From an uncultured Candidatus Saccharibacteria bacterium (GTDB taxonomy: Bacteria; Patescibacteriota; Minisyncoccia; Phycocordibacterales; DATDWN01), in NCBI GenBank assembly GCA_964426735.1, contig CAYRRP010000003.1, forward strand, positions 13,378 through 77,377: a stretch of DNA of 64,000 nucleotides. The letters are read 5' to 3'. The position numbers and the translations under genes were made by a program. The notes beneath the pieces are model-generated. The model searched no databases and was not told where the DNA came from. It was given only the letters and a program-made list of their open reading frames with translations. Below are positions 31,646-41,637 of this stretch, one piece after another (the first letter of the stretch is position 1; each line of letters opens with the position of its first letter).

Positions 31646-31765
31646 TAACGATCCTCCTTCCTTTACCAAGATATCAATACGTTCCCTAAATTGTCAACTA
31701 AACACTACACCTACAGGTGTAGTGTTAGAACTTTTACAAGCAACATTGGTTAAATTTTGGAAGTT

Positions 31766-33706
31766 TTACACTTGGTGCTCAATGTCTAATTTCTTTTTAA
31801 CCGTAACCCCATGAGCAACCAACAGCGTTTCGAATTCATCACGTTCCATTGTCTCTGTTTCCATCAGACGTTTAGCGATCGCATCAAGAAGTTTTTTATT
31901 TGCTTCGATTGTTGTTTTTGCTTTCTCCTCAGCCTCTTTCATAATCTTTGAAATTTCTGCATCCACTTCCGCTGCTACTTTTTCAGAATATCCTTCAGAC
32001 TCTACTCCCCGACCAAATAACACTTTTCCTCCACTTCCCTCCAGTGCTATTGGCCCAAGCTTATCTGACATACCGTACTTAGTCACCATATCTCGCGCGA
32101 GTGCAGTCGATACCTGGAGATCATTTGATGGTCCTGTAGTCAAATCATCAAACATCATTTTCTCTGTCACATACCCACCGAGCGAGACTGCTATGTCATC
32201 GAGAAATTCTTTTCGAGACTGGAGTTTTTTATCTTCAATAGGAAGCTTGAGTACATATCCTGCTGCACGTCCTCGAGAAATAATCGAAATCTTATGCACC
32301 GGATCAGCATATGAAAGAAGTGATGCAAGTACCGCATGCCCTGCTTCATGATAAGCTGTGATTTCTTTTTCTTTCTTTGAAAGAATATGACTCTTTCGCT
32401 CAGGCCCAAGCATCACCTTTTCGATAGAGCGAATCAGGTCGTACTGAGAAATCTTGGTACGATTTTCTCGTGCTGCCAAGATCGCTCCTTCATTCATGAG
32501 TGAGTATAAGTCTGCACCAGAAAATCCTGGTGTACGCTCTGCTATTACTTTTATATTTACATCTTCTGCAAACGGTTTCTTTTTTGCATGAACATTAAGA
32601 ATTGCTTCTCGATCATCTCGGTCAGGAAGATCAAGTGTCACTCGACGATCAAAACGTCCCGGTCGAAGGAGTGCCGGATCAAGTACATCTGGTCTGTTGG
32701 TCGCTGCCATGACGATCACTTTTTCATTTGGCTCAAAACCATCCATCTCTACGAGGATTTGGTTTAAGGTCTGCTCTCGCTCATCATTGCCCCCACCCGC
32801 ACCGACTCCTCGCACGCGTCCTACCGCATCGATCTCATCAACGAAAATAATTGCCGGAGAATTTTTCTTTGCCATCATAAAGAGATCTCGAACACGAGAT
32901 GCTCCCACACCCACGAACATTTCTACGAATTCAGATCCAGAGATTGAAAAGAATGCAACACCTGCCTCCCCTGCTACCGCACGAGCAAGGAGTGTCTTTC
33001 CGGTACCTGGTGCTCCCATCAGAAGGATTCCTTTTGGAATACGTGCACCGATTTCAAGAAACTTCTTTGGATTTTTTAGAAAGTCCACAATTTCTGAAAG
33101 CTCTTCCTTTGCTTCTTTTGCACCAGCCACGTCTTTAAAAGTTACTCGCTGAGAGCTGTCGTTTGGATCGATCATACGAGCTTTTGACTGTCCGAAAGTA
33201 AATGCTTGTGCTCCTGCACCTTTCACCTGTCGAGTCATGTACCAGATGAAAAGAAGGACGAAAATAATCGGGACAAGAAGTGGAGCGAGATTCATCACCC
33301 AGTATCCAAACCCTGATTCATTTTTGATATCTACTTTTACTTTTCCAAGCTCCGCCGGAGTAGTACCGTAGTTTGAAAGTGTATCAGTGAGTGCAGTACC
33401 CTCTTCTTTTTTAGTAAACTTCTTATCACCATTTGCATACACCATATCGAGTGAGTCACCCTTTACCACGATCTCAGTCACCTGCCCCGCCTTAATATCA
33501 AGTGCAAGCTGTGAAAGCGGAATTTCTGTCGTTGTACTTTTTTTCCCACTTAAAAAAGAATACACACCTGAAAGAAGGAGGAAAATCAAAAGTATAGTAG
33601 CAACATAATTAAAAACAGATACTTCACCAGGACCTTTTTGCTCAGGCACTTTCTTTTGCATATTCTTTTTATCTTTGTTTTTTGGTGGTTTAGTGTTTGG
33701 ATTCAT
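31766..33706 (-). CDS. ftsH: ATP-dependent zinc metalloprotease FtsH
   Basis: Two TMs, [11 protein letters not shown] motif, HEAGH. Confidence 0.98.
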   Translation of the reverse strand: MNPNTKPPKNKDKKNMQKKVPEQKGPGEVSVFNYVATILLIFLLLSGVYSFLSGKKSTTTEIPLSQLALDIKAGQVTEIVVKGDSLDMVYANGDKKFTKKEEGTALTDTLSNYGTTPAELGKVKVDIKNESGFGYWVMNLAPLLVPIIFVLLFIWYMTRQVKGAGAQAFTFGQSKARMIDPNDSSQRVTFKDVAGAKEAKEELSEIVDFLKNPKKFLEIGARIPKGILLMGAPGTGKTLLARAVAGEAGVAFFSISGSEFVEMFVGVGASRVRDLFMMAKKNSPAIIFVDEIDAVGRVRGVGAGGGNDEREQTLNQILVEMDGFEPNEKVIVMAATNRPDVLDPALLRPGRFDRRVTLDLPDRDDREAILNVHAKKKPFAEDVNIKVIAERTPGFSGADLYSLMNEGAILAARENRTKISQYDLIRSIEKVMLGPERKSHILSKKEKEITAYHEAGHAVLASLLSYADPVHKISIISRGRAAGYVLKLPIEDKKLQSRKEFLDDIAVSLGGYVTEKMMFDDLTTGPSNDLQVSTALARDMVTKYGMSDKLGPIALEGSGGKVLFGRGVESEGYSEKVAAEVDAEISKIMKEAEEKAKTTIEANKKLLDAIAKRLMETETMERDEFETLLVAHGVTVKKKLDIEHQV

Positions 33707-33763
33707 GGGGGTATTATAGCGTATTTAGGTGATGAAATACATCATTTCTGCTAGACTAGAGAC

Positions 33764-34207
33764 ATGAGCCTTATTACAAACAAAAAAATCCATTTTAATT
33801 ATGAGATTACCGAGACAATACCTGCCGGTATTGAGCTTTTTGGCTTTGAAGTAAAATCATTACGTAATGGACAAGGTTCTCTCGACGGCTCATATGTGAC
33901 CGTGCGCGGCGGCGAAGCATTTGTGATCGGTATGCAAATCCCAGCATATCAAGTCGGAAATACACCGAAAGAGTACGATCCACTTCGTAATCGCCGACTC
34001 CTCCTCAACAAAAAGGAGATTGCTCGATTGGGAGAGATAGAATCACGAAAGGGATTGACAATAGCACCTATTTCAGTGTATAATAAAGGCAAGGTTTTGA
34101 AGGTAGATCTCGGTATTGCGACTGGTAAAAAGAAGTTTGATAAACGTGAGACTACAAAGAAACGAGAAGTCGACCGCAATACCCGAAGAGAGTTTGTTGA
34201 TCGATAG
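33764..34207 (+). CDS. smpB: SsrA-binding protein
   Basis: AGIELFGFEVKSLR, RRLLLNKKEI, GKKKFDKRE. Confidence 0.97.
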   Translation: MSLITNKKIHFNYEITETIPAGIELFGFEVKSLRNGQGSLDGSYVTVRGGEAFVIGMQIPAYQVGNTPKEYDPLRNRRLLLNKKEIARLGEIESRKGLTIAPISVYNKGKVLKVDLGIATGKKKFDKRETTKKREVDRNTRREFVDR

Positions 34208-34273
34208 TAAAATTGAGTACATTGAAAAGAGAAACCCGAGTCCCAACTTGCTCAGAATATTTCTGATCAAATT

Positions 34274-34682
34274 GGGGGTGCCAGGTTTTGACATAGTCTG
34301 CATCCGTTCGCGCACTACAGAGTTCCAGTCAACTCTTTAAACATCTGGAAACTATACGTGTAAACAATACTGTTGCACGAGCAAAAGCTTCTGTTTCTCC
34401 ATATTTTGGAGTTAACAACTTTGCTTTCTCTTACGCACGAGCTTAATTTAAGTTTCGTCCCTAGGAGGGGGTGATACATCCGATATCTCATACGATGTCT
34501 CATTCATATAACTGTGAGGTCCGGTCACTTCCCTGTTTCAGGTTGTGACCTAAAAAATGAAACTCGCCTTTTTCTTGTTTTGTTTGTTTTATAGAGAAAA
34601 AGTCTAAACGTTAAAACATTCTATGTAGTGTAGACCCGTTCGTATTCTCTCTATGCACGTGGCTTCGATGTCACCACTTCCA
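34274..34682 (+). ncRNA. ssrA: tmRNA
   Basis: GGGGGTG...GAC 5' end, CACTTCCA 3' end with G3:U70, tag ORF 34360-34446, directly after smpB. Confidence 0.9.
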
Positions 34683-34866
34683 CAAATTACAAAAAAAACT
34701 GCTCAAGGCAGTTTTTTTGTAATTTGTGGAAGTGAGCAAAGCGGAGCTTTGCGTGTGCATCGAAGCCAACGGAGCGAGGGCTCCCATCACCAGATGGGAC
34801 CGCGAGTTGGTGCCTAGACTTTTCCGAGCGACGGCGAGGAAAAAGTCGAAGGTTCAATGTCACCAT
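34683..34866 (+). repeat. tRNA-3'-associated structured element (tmRNA copy 1)
   Basis: Hairpin, antisense tgtggaagtg...catcgaagcca with agcaaagcggagctttgc insert, conserved core, sense ttcaatgtcacca. Confidence 0.85.
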
Positions 34867-35075
34867 TAAAAACATGTTTTGCGAGTGGTATTGAAACGGC
34901 GGAACGATTCCTGATTTAGCAAAATCAGGACGTGAGCCGGTGAGAAGTGATGTTATCACTTCGCAAGACCTTGCCAGAATTTTTCAGAGCAAAGCGAATG
35001 AAAAAATCGACAAGGTGTACTGTTCCTGTAAGGAAACCAGACACTCAGTCGAAGGTTCAATGCCACCACCTCTCT
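34867..35075 (+). repeat. tRNA-3'-associated structured element (tmRNA copy 2, expanded)
   Basis: gtggtattgaa antisense, cggaacga-hairpin-cgtgagccggtg, ends agtcgaaggttcaatgccaccac. Confidence 0.75.
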
Positions 35076-35129
35076 ATCTATTGACAAAAGGTATTAGTGC
35101 TATATAATTTTACAAGGAAAGGATAATCC

Positions 35130-35612
35130 ATGACTCAGAATTGGAACGACGCCGCTGCACGATATCAAGCTGCGAATCGTCAAAAGCTACGAGAACAACT
35201 GGTGCAGGCAACTCCCGTTGCATTACCGGCACCTAAGCCCGATAACTCCCTGGAAATCGCACAGGCTGCAACAGATCTACATACATTTATGAGATCTGAA
35301 GAAGGAAGATCTGCTCTCGCACTCCTACAAGAGAGCCGCCGGCATTTCATTTTTGGTGAAGATAGTGATGGTGGAGGTTATGGTACTGTCTACTATCTTG
35401 ATGGAACAGGTCTCCATCGCTCCATCGAAGCGATGGGTATGTGGGTTGCCTACAGCAAGGAGGTGGCAAAACCAAAAATAAGCAGTATTACTGCCCACGA
35501 GGCCGTGACTGCTGCTGTTGAGAATGGGCGGAAAAAACCCAGTGAAATCATCTCCTGGCTCCGCGCCGAACTCGACAAGATCGCCGCAGCCGCACCCCAA
35601 CCTGAACCCTAA
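35130..35612 (+). CDS. Orphan protein (cassette type)
   Basis: TTGACA-16-TATAAT, SD aagga, GC-rich terminator gaaagccgcc...ggcggctttc. Confidence 0.75.
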   Translation: MTQNWNDAAARYQAANRQKLREQLVQATPVALPAPKPDNSLEIAQAATDLHTFMRSEEGRSALALLQESRRHFIFGEDSDGGGYGTVYYLDGTGLHRSIEAMGMWVAYSKEVAKPKISSITAHEAVTAAVENGRKKPSEIISWLRAELDKIAAAAPQPEP

Positions 35613-35718
35613 CCGTTCCCCCCGCCGAAAGCCGCCGCGCTCTCGGCGGCTTTCTTTATTCCAAAACCTTTACATATCAAAAAAATACTGTATAGTATTT
35701 TAAGAAAGGATACTAAAT

Positions 35719-36447
35719 ATGAAATTCCTCTTAATCGGAGGACTTGGTGACAGTATCAAGTCATTTGACCCTTGGATGCGTGCACTAAACAAGAATCGAG
35801 GTGGGTACCGCTATATCCCGGTTACTGTATCCGGAGATACGGGGTTTTCCCACCGAATACAAACTCTGAAGAAAGCTTTGGATGAAGAGGTTGATCCTGT
35901 CTGCATCATCGGTCAGTCCGCCGGAGCACTGGCTGCACTTATGGTCGCAAGCGACAATCCAAAAATGGTAAAAGGAGTTATTGCGGTCAGTCCCGCAATG
36001 CCGAAGGGTATTTCACCTTTGAGTGTGCCCTTGCTTTCGGTCATGTGGAAGTATTACTATCACATGAGAATGAGTCATCTCATCGAGGTGACAGCAAAAG
36101 ACTATACAAAACTTGCTCTCAACAACGTTTCAAATCCAGACACCCTCTTGGCAAACCGCCAGAAAATTTCAGGACGAGAAGCGTATGAACTCACTGCTGA
36201 CTCACGTCCAGCACTTGCAGGAATACGGTTTCCCGTGGTGCATATATATGGGACAGAGGACAGATGGGTAAATCCCAGAGTACAAACGGAGTTGTTTAGA
36301 CTTCTTGGTGGATGCAAATCACTTATCACAGTATCTGGTGCTGGTCACATGCCTGCACATCACCCAGAAAAAGGTGCTATGGTGGTGAACGCAACACTCA
36401 ACAAACTCAAAGACCTTATTACCTTCTGTGGTGGAGCCAGGACATGA
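35719..36447 (+). CDS. Alpha/beta hydrolase
   Basis: GQSAG nucleophile elbow, GTEDRWV, GAGH. Confidence 0.85.
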   Translation: MKFLLIGGLGDSIKSFDPWMRALNKNRGGYRYIPVTVSGDTGFSHRIQTLKKALDEEVDPVCIIGQSAGALAALMVASDNPKMVKGVIAVSPAMPKGISPLSVPLLSVMWKYYYHMRMSHLIEVTAKDYTKLALNNVSNPDTLLANRQKISGREAYELTADSRPALAGIRFPVVHIYGTEDRWVNPRVQTELFRLLGGCKSLITVSGAGHMPAHHPEKGAMVVNATLNKLKDLITFCGGART

Positions 36448-36469
36448 TGTCCTGGCTCGCTTTTTTTAC

Positions 36470-36507
36470 TTGACCTAAGTTTTAATCTACTATATTATAG
36501 TACTATA
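36470..36507 (+). promoter_or_regulatory. TA operon promoter with palindromic operator
   Basis: TTGACC-17-TATTAT overlapping the palindrome tatagtactata. Confidence 0.6.
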
Positions 36508-36526
36508 TCTTAGTAACATAAAAACT

Positions 36527-36745
36527 ATGACGACAATCACTGTACCCCTTAATACAGCACTTAATGAATTCATTAATGAACAAGTAAAGCTGGGTAAAGT
36601 ACCCAATAAAGCTGAGCTTGTTCGTGCTGCAATTATTAAATATAAGGAGGACGCACTCATTACTGAGCTCCTCAAGGCAAAACAAGAAGCAAAAGAAGGT
36701 AAACTCTTTACCGGAGATTTAGATGTACTTGCAAAGCGCTTTTAA
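36527..36745 (+). CDS. RHH-type antitoxin
   Basis: TITVPL...NKAELVRAAI; upstream of a RelE-like gene. Confidence 0.8.
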   Translation: MTTITVPLNTALNEFINEQVKLGKVPNKAELVRAAIIKYKEDALITELLKAKQEAKEGKLFTGDLDVLAKRF

Positions 36746-36754
36746 CAAGCCTCT

Positions 36755-37021
36755 ATGCTTACCATTTTTTACACTCCTAATTTTATTCGCAGATACAAAC
36801 ATCTTGATCCTGCTTTACAAGGCGAGGTTAAAGATAAGATTGAGTCATTTCGAACTATTAAGAATCATTTAAAGCTCAAGGTACACAAACTAAAAGGATC
36901 ACTCGATAATACGTACGCTTTTTCTGTGAACTTTAAGGTGCGAATTATTTTTGAATACCAGAAAAACAAGAAAAACATAAACCTGTTGTATGTTGGTAGT
37001 CATGATGAATTATATGCTTAA
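36755..37021 (+). CDS. RelE/StbE/YafQ-like mRNA interferase toxin
   Basis: LKVHKLKG...FSVNFKVRIIF...VGSHDELY. Confidence 0.88.
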   Translation: MLTIFYTPNFIRRYKHLDPALQGEVKDKIESFRTIKNHLKLKVHKLKGSLDNTYAFSVNFKVRIIFEYQKNKKNINLLYVGSHDELYA

Positions 37022-37040
37022 GAAGATGTATACTTAACCT

Positions 37041-37703
37041 ATGGAACATCTCAAAAGAAACATCACTATCACCCTCTTTGTTGCAGCTGCAGGACTTATT
37101 GGTTTTGTATTATTTTACACTCCACCTGCTCCACAAAAACAAAACAATATACTTCCCGGCGAACCACTACAGTACACCTACTCTTCAGAAGATATCTCTT
37201 TCACCTATCCTGCATTTTTAACATTAGATACAAAAGATAGCATAGTCTCACTTCACCATGAGATACCGTATGAAAACAATGGTGCTTGTGACATGGTAGG
37301 AGAATGGGTGTTACACAAAAATCTCACTGATTTTCATGTCACTATTCGTATTGCATCAACATCACTCGTACACACAGTACAACAAATGAGTCCATACATC
37401 CCTGAAGAAAATTTCGATGGTGATGTACTCAAGGTAAACCCTGGTTTTATTGATGCATTCGAAATCGGAGCACTCAAAGGATTTATGATTTACGAAGGAG
37501 CCGAAGGGTGTGGTATGACAACTTACTACTTCCCTGTTTCAAACAACCGAACACTTATGATTCAAAAAGAATCGATACAAGCTCTTTCGGGTGTACGTGG
37601 ACAAGAAGAAATACAGAGGATATTAAAAATACCTGGATCTATCGCACCAAGTGTTTCAAATAAAATTTTTGAGGAAATTATTACTTCACTTATAATCAAA
37701 TGA
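37041..37703 (+). CDS. Membrane-anchored hypothetical protein
   Basis: N-terminal TM, ISFTYP motif, two Cys. Confidence 0.7.
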   Translation: MEHLKRNITITLFVAAAGLIGFVLFYTPPAPQKQNNILPGEPLQYTYSSEDISFTYPAFLTLDTKDSIVSLHHEIPYENNGACDMVGEWVLHKNLTDFHVTIRIASTSLVHTVQQMSPYIPEENFDGDVLKVNPGFIDAFEIGALKGFMIYEGAEGCGMTTYYFPVSNNRTLMIQKESIQALSGVRGQEEIQRILKIPGSIAPSVSNKIFEEIITSLIIK

Positions 37704-38113
37704 TGCCTTTATTTTTTAGTGCTCTTATGTTTATTTCTTGTATCGTAGGCTACGGTGCAGTAATTGCAATCGACACTGCTGGGCTTTTTTGGATTTTTAA
37801 AAAACGCTCAATGGATTTTGTCTATCAAATGACCGGTATTACCCAGCCACTGATCTGGCTTGGGTGGAGCGGTATCACAATCGGTCTCCTTGGCACCCTT
37901 TCTTTTACTCCTCTTACCCCACTTACCACCTACCAGTTCATCCTCCTCGGTATTCTTGGTCTCAATGGTATATTTTTACAGATAACCAAGAAAAAACTTA
38001 ACCTCACCAATCCTTCGCAAAAACTCCCCATTTTCTCGATATTTCTCGCAACTGTCATATCTCAAACAAGCTGGATTACTTTCCTTGCTCTCCAGTTCAT
38101 ACGCACTCTGTAA
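37700..38113 (+). CDS. Four-TM membrane protein
   Basis: Hydrophobic profile; ATGA overlap with the upstream gene. Confidence 0.7.
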   Translation: MMPLFFSALMFISCIVGYGAVIAIDTAGLFWIFKKRSMDFVYQMTGITQPLIWLGWSGITIGLLGTLSFTPLTPLTTYQFILLGILGLNGIFLQITKKKLNLTNPSQKLPIFSIFLATVISQTSWITFLALQFIRTL

Positions 38114-38168
38114 AACTTGTGTTTTTCTTTAAAAATGGTATTCTTACTCCATAATTTTAGTAATTTAA

Positions 38169-38687
38169 ATTGAACATTTGAGCACAAACGTACGTATAAA
38201 TCATCAAATCCAGGCACCAGAACTTCGAGTACTTCTCGAATCAGGAGATAACCTTGGGGTTTTAAGTCGAGCTGATGCATTAGACAAGGCTCGAGAGCTT
38301 GGTTTGGACCTTATTGAAATATCACCAAAAGCTATTCCACCGGTTGCAAAAATCATGGATTATGGTAAATTTCAATACACTGAAAACAAGAAGCTCAAGG
38401 TAGCAAAAGCCAAAGCTCACGCTGTTGAAGTGAAGAACATTCAAATCAAAATCGGTACAGGAGACCATGATTTGGAGCTTAAGGCTAAAAAAGCTTCAGA
38501 ATGGCTCTCTGCAGGTCACCGAATCAAAGTAGACCTCTTTCTTCCAGGACGATCAAAGTACATGGATGAGAAGTTTCTCCGAGAACGAATGGATCGAGTA
38601 CTTAAACTCATCACGGTTGAATTCAAAATTGCAGATCCTGCAAAAAAGAGTCCTAAAGGCCTCAGTGTCATAATCGAGAAAGCATAA
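38169..38687 (+). CDS. infC: Translation initiation factor IF-3
   Basis: INHQI...LDLIEIS...AKIMDYGKF; start is ATT (38169) or TTG (38178). Confidence 0.95.
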   Translation: MEHLSTNVRINHQIQAPELRVLLESGDNLGVLSRADALDKARELGLDLIEISPKAIPPVAKIMDYGKFQYTENKKLKVAKAKAHAVEVKNIQIKIGTGDHDLELKAKKASEWLSAGHRIKVDLFLPGRSKYMDEKFLRERMDRVLKLITVEFKIADPAKKSPKGLSVIIEKA

Positions 38688-38691
38688 AAAC

Positions 38692-38877
38692 ATGAAAACA
38701 AACAAATCATACACAAAACGACTTAAGGTTACTAAAACAGGAAAAATCTTAGCTCGAGCAAAAGGTCAAAACCACTTCAATGCAAAGGTATCTGGACGAG
38801 GTAATCTTGCAAAGAAAAACTCACAGAACTTCCCTATGAGTAACAAGGAGATCACCCGATTCCTTCCGAATGCATAA
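38692..38877 (+). CDS. rpmI: 50S ribosomal protein L35
   Basis: MKTNKSYTKRLKVTKTGKI. Confidence 0.93.
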   Translation: MKTNKSYTKRLKVTKTGKILARAKGQNHFNAKVSGRGNLAKKNSQNFPMSNKEITRFLPNA

Positions 38878-38883
38878 TAAATC

Positions 38884-38985
38884 AAAGGATTAAAGTAGTA
38901 GGATTAAAGATTAAAGAATAAGAAAATTCAAAAAACTCTTAAATCCCATTCATTAATCCAGAATCTTTAATCATTAATCCAATTC
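38884..38985. repeat. Inverted ggattaa/ttaatcc array
   Basis: aaggattaa, aggattaa, agattaa then ttaatcc, ttaatca, ttaatcc. Confidence 0.75.
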
Positions 38986-38992
38986 AACTAAC

Positions 38993-39337
38993 ATGACACG
39001 AGTAAAGAAAGGCGTTAACGCGCTTAAATCAAGAAAGAATACACTCCGAATGGTAAAAGGTTACCGAAACGGACGAGGCTCAAAACAGCGACAAGCGTTT
39101 GAGGCTATTTCTCATGCAGGTACCTATGCGTTTGCACACCGACGAGATAAAAAAGGTGATGCTCGACGACTCTGGAATGTAAAGATTTCATATGCAGCAA
39201 AGGAACTCGGTACGTCATACAGTAAACTCATGGGAGGTTTGATCAAGAAAAACATTCTTCTCGACCGAAAGATTCTCTCTACCCTCGCTCTCGAAGCACC
39301 TGAGACGTTCAAGAAAATTGTAGCTATGGCAAAATAG
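38993..39337 (+). CDS. rplT: 50S ribosomal protein L20
   Basis: MTRVK...RRLW...LDRKILS. Confidence 0.97.
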   Translation: MTRVKKGVNALKSRKNTLRMVKGYRNGRGSKQRQAFEAISHAGTYAFAHRRDKKGDARRLWNVKISYAAKELGTSYSKLMGGLIKKNILLDRKILSTLALEAPETFKKIVAMAK

Positions 39338-39395
39338 TTTACAGTAGACAGCTATCAGTCATTAGAAAAACCGGCAGATGCCGGTTTTTTGTTAT

Positions 39396-40763
39396 CTAAC
39401 AATCCAACACATAAGGTCTCCCTCTTTGTGGATACAGCGCATCTACATCGAGATAGTCTCGGAGTCTCTGCACTAAGAAAAGTGATGCCTTAGGCTCCCC
39501 CATCACCACAAATACTTTCTTTACTGTATGAGCAGTATCAGCAATCATATCGATTAAATGTTCACTATCTTTGTGAGATGAATATCCTGTAATCATTTCA
39601 ATACGTGCACGGACAGGAATTTTTACATTCTGAATTATAAGTTCTTTCGGAGCTTCTTGTATTGCTCGCCCGAGTGTACCAACCGCCTGATAACCCATCA
39701 ACAGTATGGTATTTTTTGGATCTGGCAAATAATTCATTTCATGAAATACCACTCGCCCACCGGATGACATACCCGACCCTGCAATAATAATTTTTGGACT
39801 TGCTTCTTCGAGTAAAGATTTTGATTCTTTTCCATCTCGCACAATACGTAGTTTAGGAAAATTAAAAATATCATCTCCACCTTTAATCTCTTTTTGCACC
39901 CCTTGATTAAAATACTTTGCTGTATGTTTGTATATGTCAGTAACTTTCAATGCAAGCGGAGAATCCAAAAAAACAGGTACGGAAGGAATCTGTTTTTCTT
40001 CCACCAGATTATTTATTTCATACAAAATAACCTGCGTACGTTCGAGTGAAAAAGCAGGGATGACAATAGTCCCGCCACGAGCAATACCTTCTATAAGAAT
40101 TCTCTTAAACTTTGCATCACGATCTTCTTTTGATTCATGATTTCTATCACCATATACACTATCCATAACAACATAATCAACGTCTGTAATTTTTTCTGTA
40201 TCTCGCAAAATTGGTGTTGGAGAATTACCTGAATCTCCTGTGAAAAGAATCTTTTTGGTTCCATAAGTAAATTCAAACATAGAAGAACCGAGAATATGCC
40301 CCGCATCTTTAAGAAAGACAGAAAATTCATCGTTTATTTTTGTATGAGTATGATATGGAATCGTACGCCAATGAGAAAGAGCTTTATCTAAATCATCTTG
40401 TTCATACAGTGGAGCTTCTTGTTTTTCTCGTCTATTTTGCTCCATAATCTTTAGCGCATCAGTGAGCATTACCCGAGCAATCTCTTTGGTTTCTGGTGTA
40501 GAAAACAAGGAACCTGTAAATCCGTCACGAAATAGCTTAGGAATTTTACCGATATGATCCATATGTGCATGGGTGATAAAACCATAATCTATCTCACCAA
40601 GATTATACGGGAAGTCAGCTGTATTTTCTTGATCTGCCTCAGGTACCCCCTGTAGAAGACCACAGTCGACAATAAATGCGGAGTACTCCCCTCTTACCAA
40701 GAAGTTTGCACCCGTAACAGCACCTACGCCTCCCCAAAATGTAATTTCAAGTTTCTTAGACAT
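39396..40763 (-). CDS. MBL-fold beta-CASP ribonuclease-like protein
   Basis: THAHMDH, AGHILGS, FTGD, SGMSSGGR, SSHKD. Confidence 0.92.
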   Translation of the reverse strand: MSKKLEITFWGGVGAVTGANFLVRGEYSAFIVDCGLLQGVPEADQENTADFPYNLGEIDYGFITHAHMDHIGKIPKLFRDGFTGSLFSTPETKEIARVMLTDALKIMEQNRREKQEAPLYEQDDLDKALSHWRTIPYHTHTKINDEFSVFLKDAGHILGSSMFEFTYGTKKILFTGDSGNSPTPILRDTEKITDVDYVVMDSVYGDRNHESKEDRDAKFKRILIEGIARGGTIVIPAFSLERTQVILYEINNLVEEKQIPSVPVFLDSPLALKVTDIYKHTAKYFNQGVQKEIKGGDDIFNFPKLRIVRDGKESKSLLEEASPKIIIAGSGMSSGGRVVFHEMNYLPDPKNTILLMGYQAVGTLGRAIQEAPKELIIQNVKIPVRARIEMITGYSSHKDSEHLIDMIADTAHTVKKVFVVMGEPKASLFLVQRLRDYLDVDALYPQRGRPYVLDC

Positions 40764-41148
40764 TCTTCTTCTCTAAGTTATGCACATATACACTACCACA
40801 TACTGCACCCAGCGTATCCATAACAATATCCATACCAGTGTCCGCCCAATATTCAACTGATGCAAGGTTGGTAACACCAATAATGAGTTCAAAGTATTCC
40901 CATACCAAACCAACAAGGACTGTAAATACTACTCCAAGGATAAGCTTTTCTGTATAAGAAAGTGCTGACTTAAAAAGTGACAGTGCCCAAAAGAAAAAGA
41001 GTGCAACAAAAAGACCTCCAAGAAAGTGCATAACCATATCAAACCAAATCACAGTCCAAAAGAGATAGAGCTTGTACGCGATAGCATTTAATGCTCCTAC
41101 AATGAAAAGAACCCAGAACATCGCTCGAAAGAGTGTACTTTTTTGCAT
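40756..41148 (-). CDS. Integral membrane protein (VanZ/YjdF-like)
   Basis: FDMVMHFLGG...WEYFE...DTGMD; start reassigned to 41148. Confidence 0.75.
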   Translation of the reverse strand: MQKSTLFRAMFWVLFIVGALNAIAYKLYLFWTVIWFDMVMHFLGGLFVALFFFWALSLFKSALSYTEKLILGVVFTVLVGLVWEYFELIIGVTNLASVEYWADTGMDIVMDTLGAVCGSVYVHNLEKKNV

Positions 41149-41202
41149 ATAGATAATAATACCCTGAAAAGAGGCTAAATTCAAAACATCTCTCTGTATA
41201 CA

Positions 41203-41326
41203 AAAAGTCCCAAAATTGAGTAAGGTCGCGTATAAATTTTGGGAAATGTTCGTAGACGTACTTGTCGTACGGCGAAGAATATTTTCCAAAATTTAGACGA
41301 TGAGATTGCTCAATTTTGGGACTTTT
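41203..41326. repeat. Gene-end long hairpin, family B
   Basis: aggtcgcgtataaa/tttagacgatgagat loops, gtac-ttgtc-gtac apex. Confidence 0.8.
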
Positions 41327-41327
41327 A

Positions 41328-41468
41328 GTAGGGTCGCGGTATACTTCCTAAGTTAAAAACTTAGGTGGGTGCCCGCACAATGGAATGTTGCAGCTTTCGC
41401 CCCGCGATTTCATTAAATATAAGGCTCCCTAAAAAATGGTTAGCTAGAAAATATACAGCAACCCTATG
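41328..41468 (-). ncRNA. Probable 6S-like RNA
   Basis: Own TTGCGG-16-TATAAT promoter; terminal stem tagggttgctgtata/tataccgcgacccta, central bubble, apical stem. Confidence 0.55.
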
Positions 41469-41519
41469 TGCATTATACTCTTATAAATAAGTTCCGCAAC
41501 TTAACTCTTAGGCATATAA

Positions 41520-41637
41520 ACTTTCATAATCTAGATGCAGTTCTAGGAGAAAATTTGAAAATGCGAGAAGCCTTACTTTCGGTAAGGTGACGAGAATTTT
41601 TAATTTTTCGACAACGAAATGCGCTAGATTTGGAAGT
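41520..41637. repeat. Stop-adjacent long hairpin, family A
   Basis: gatgcagttc/gaaatgcgc as in the 10898 copy; abuts the ndk stop. Confidence 0.75.

Noticed and set aside
40756-41289. N-terminal extensions of ORF-track calls (this ORF, fimT-like, pilD, pilC, rpsH, rplX, rplC, rpsJ)
   Set aside because: The extensions run into repeats, promoters or neighbouring genes; downstream ATGs fit family N-termini.
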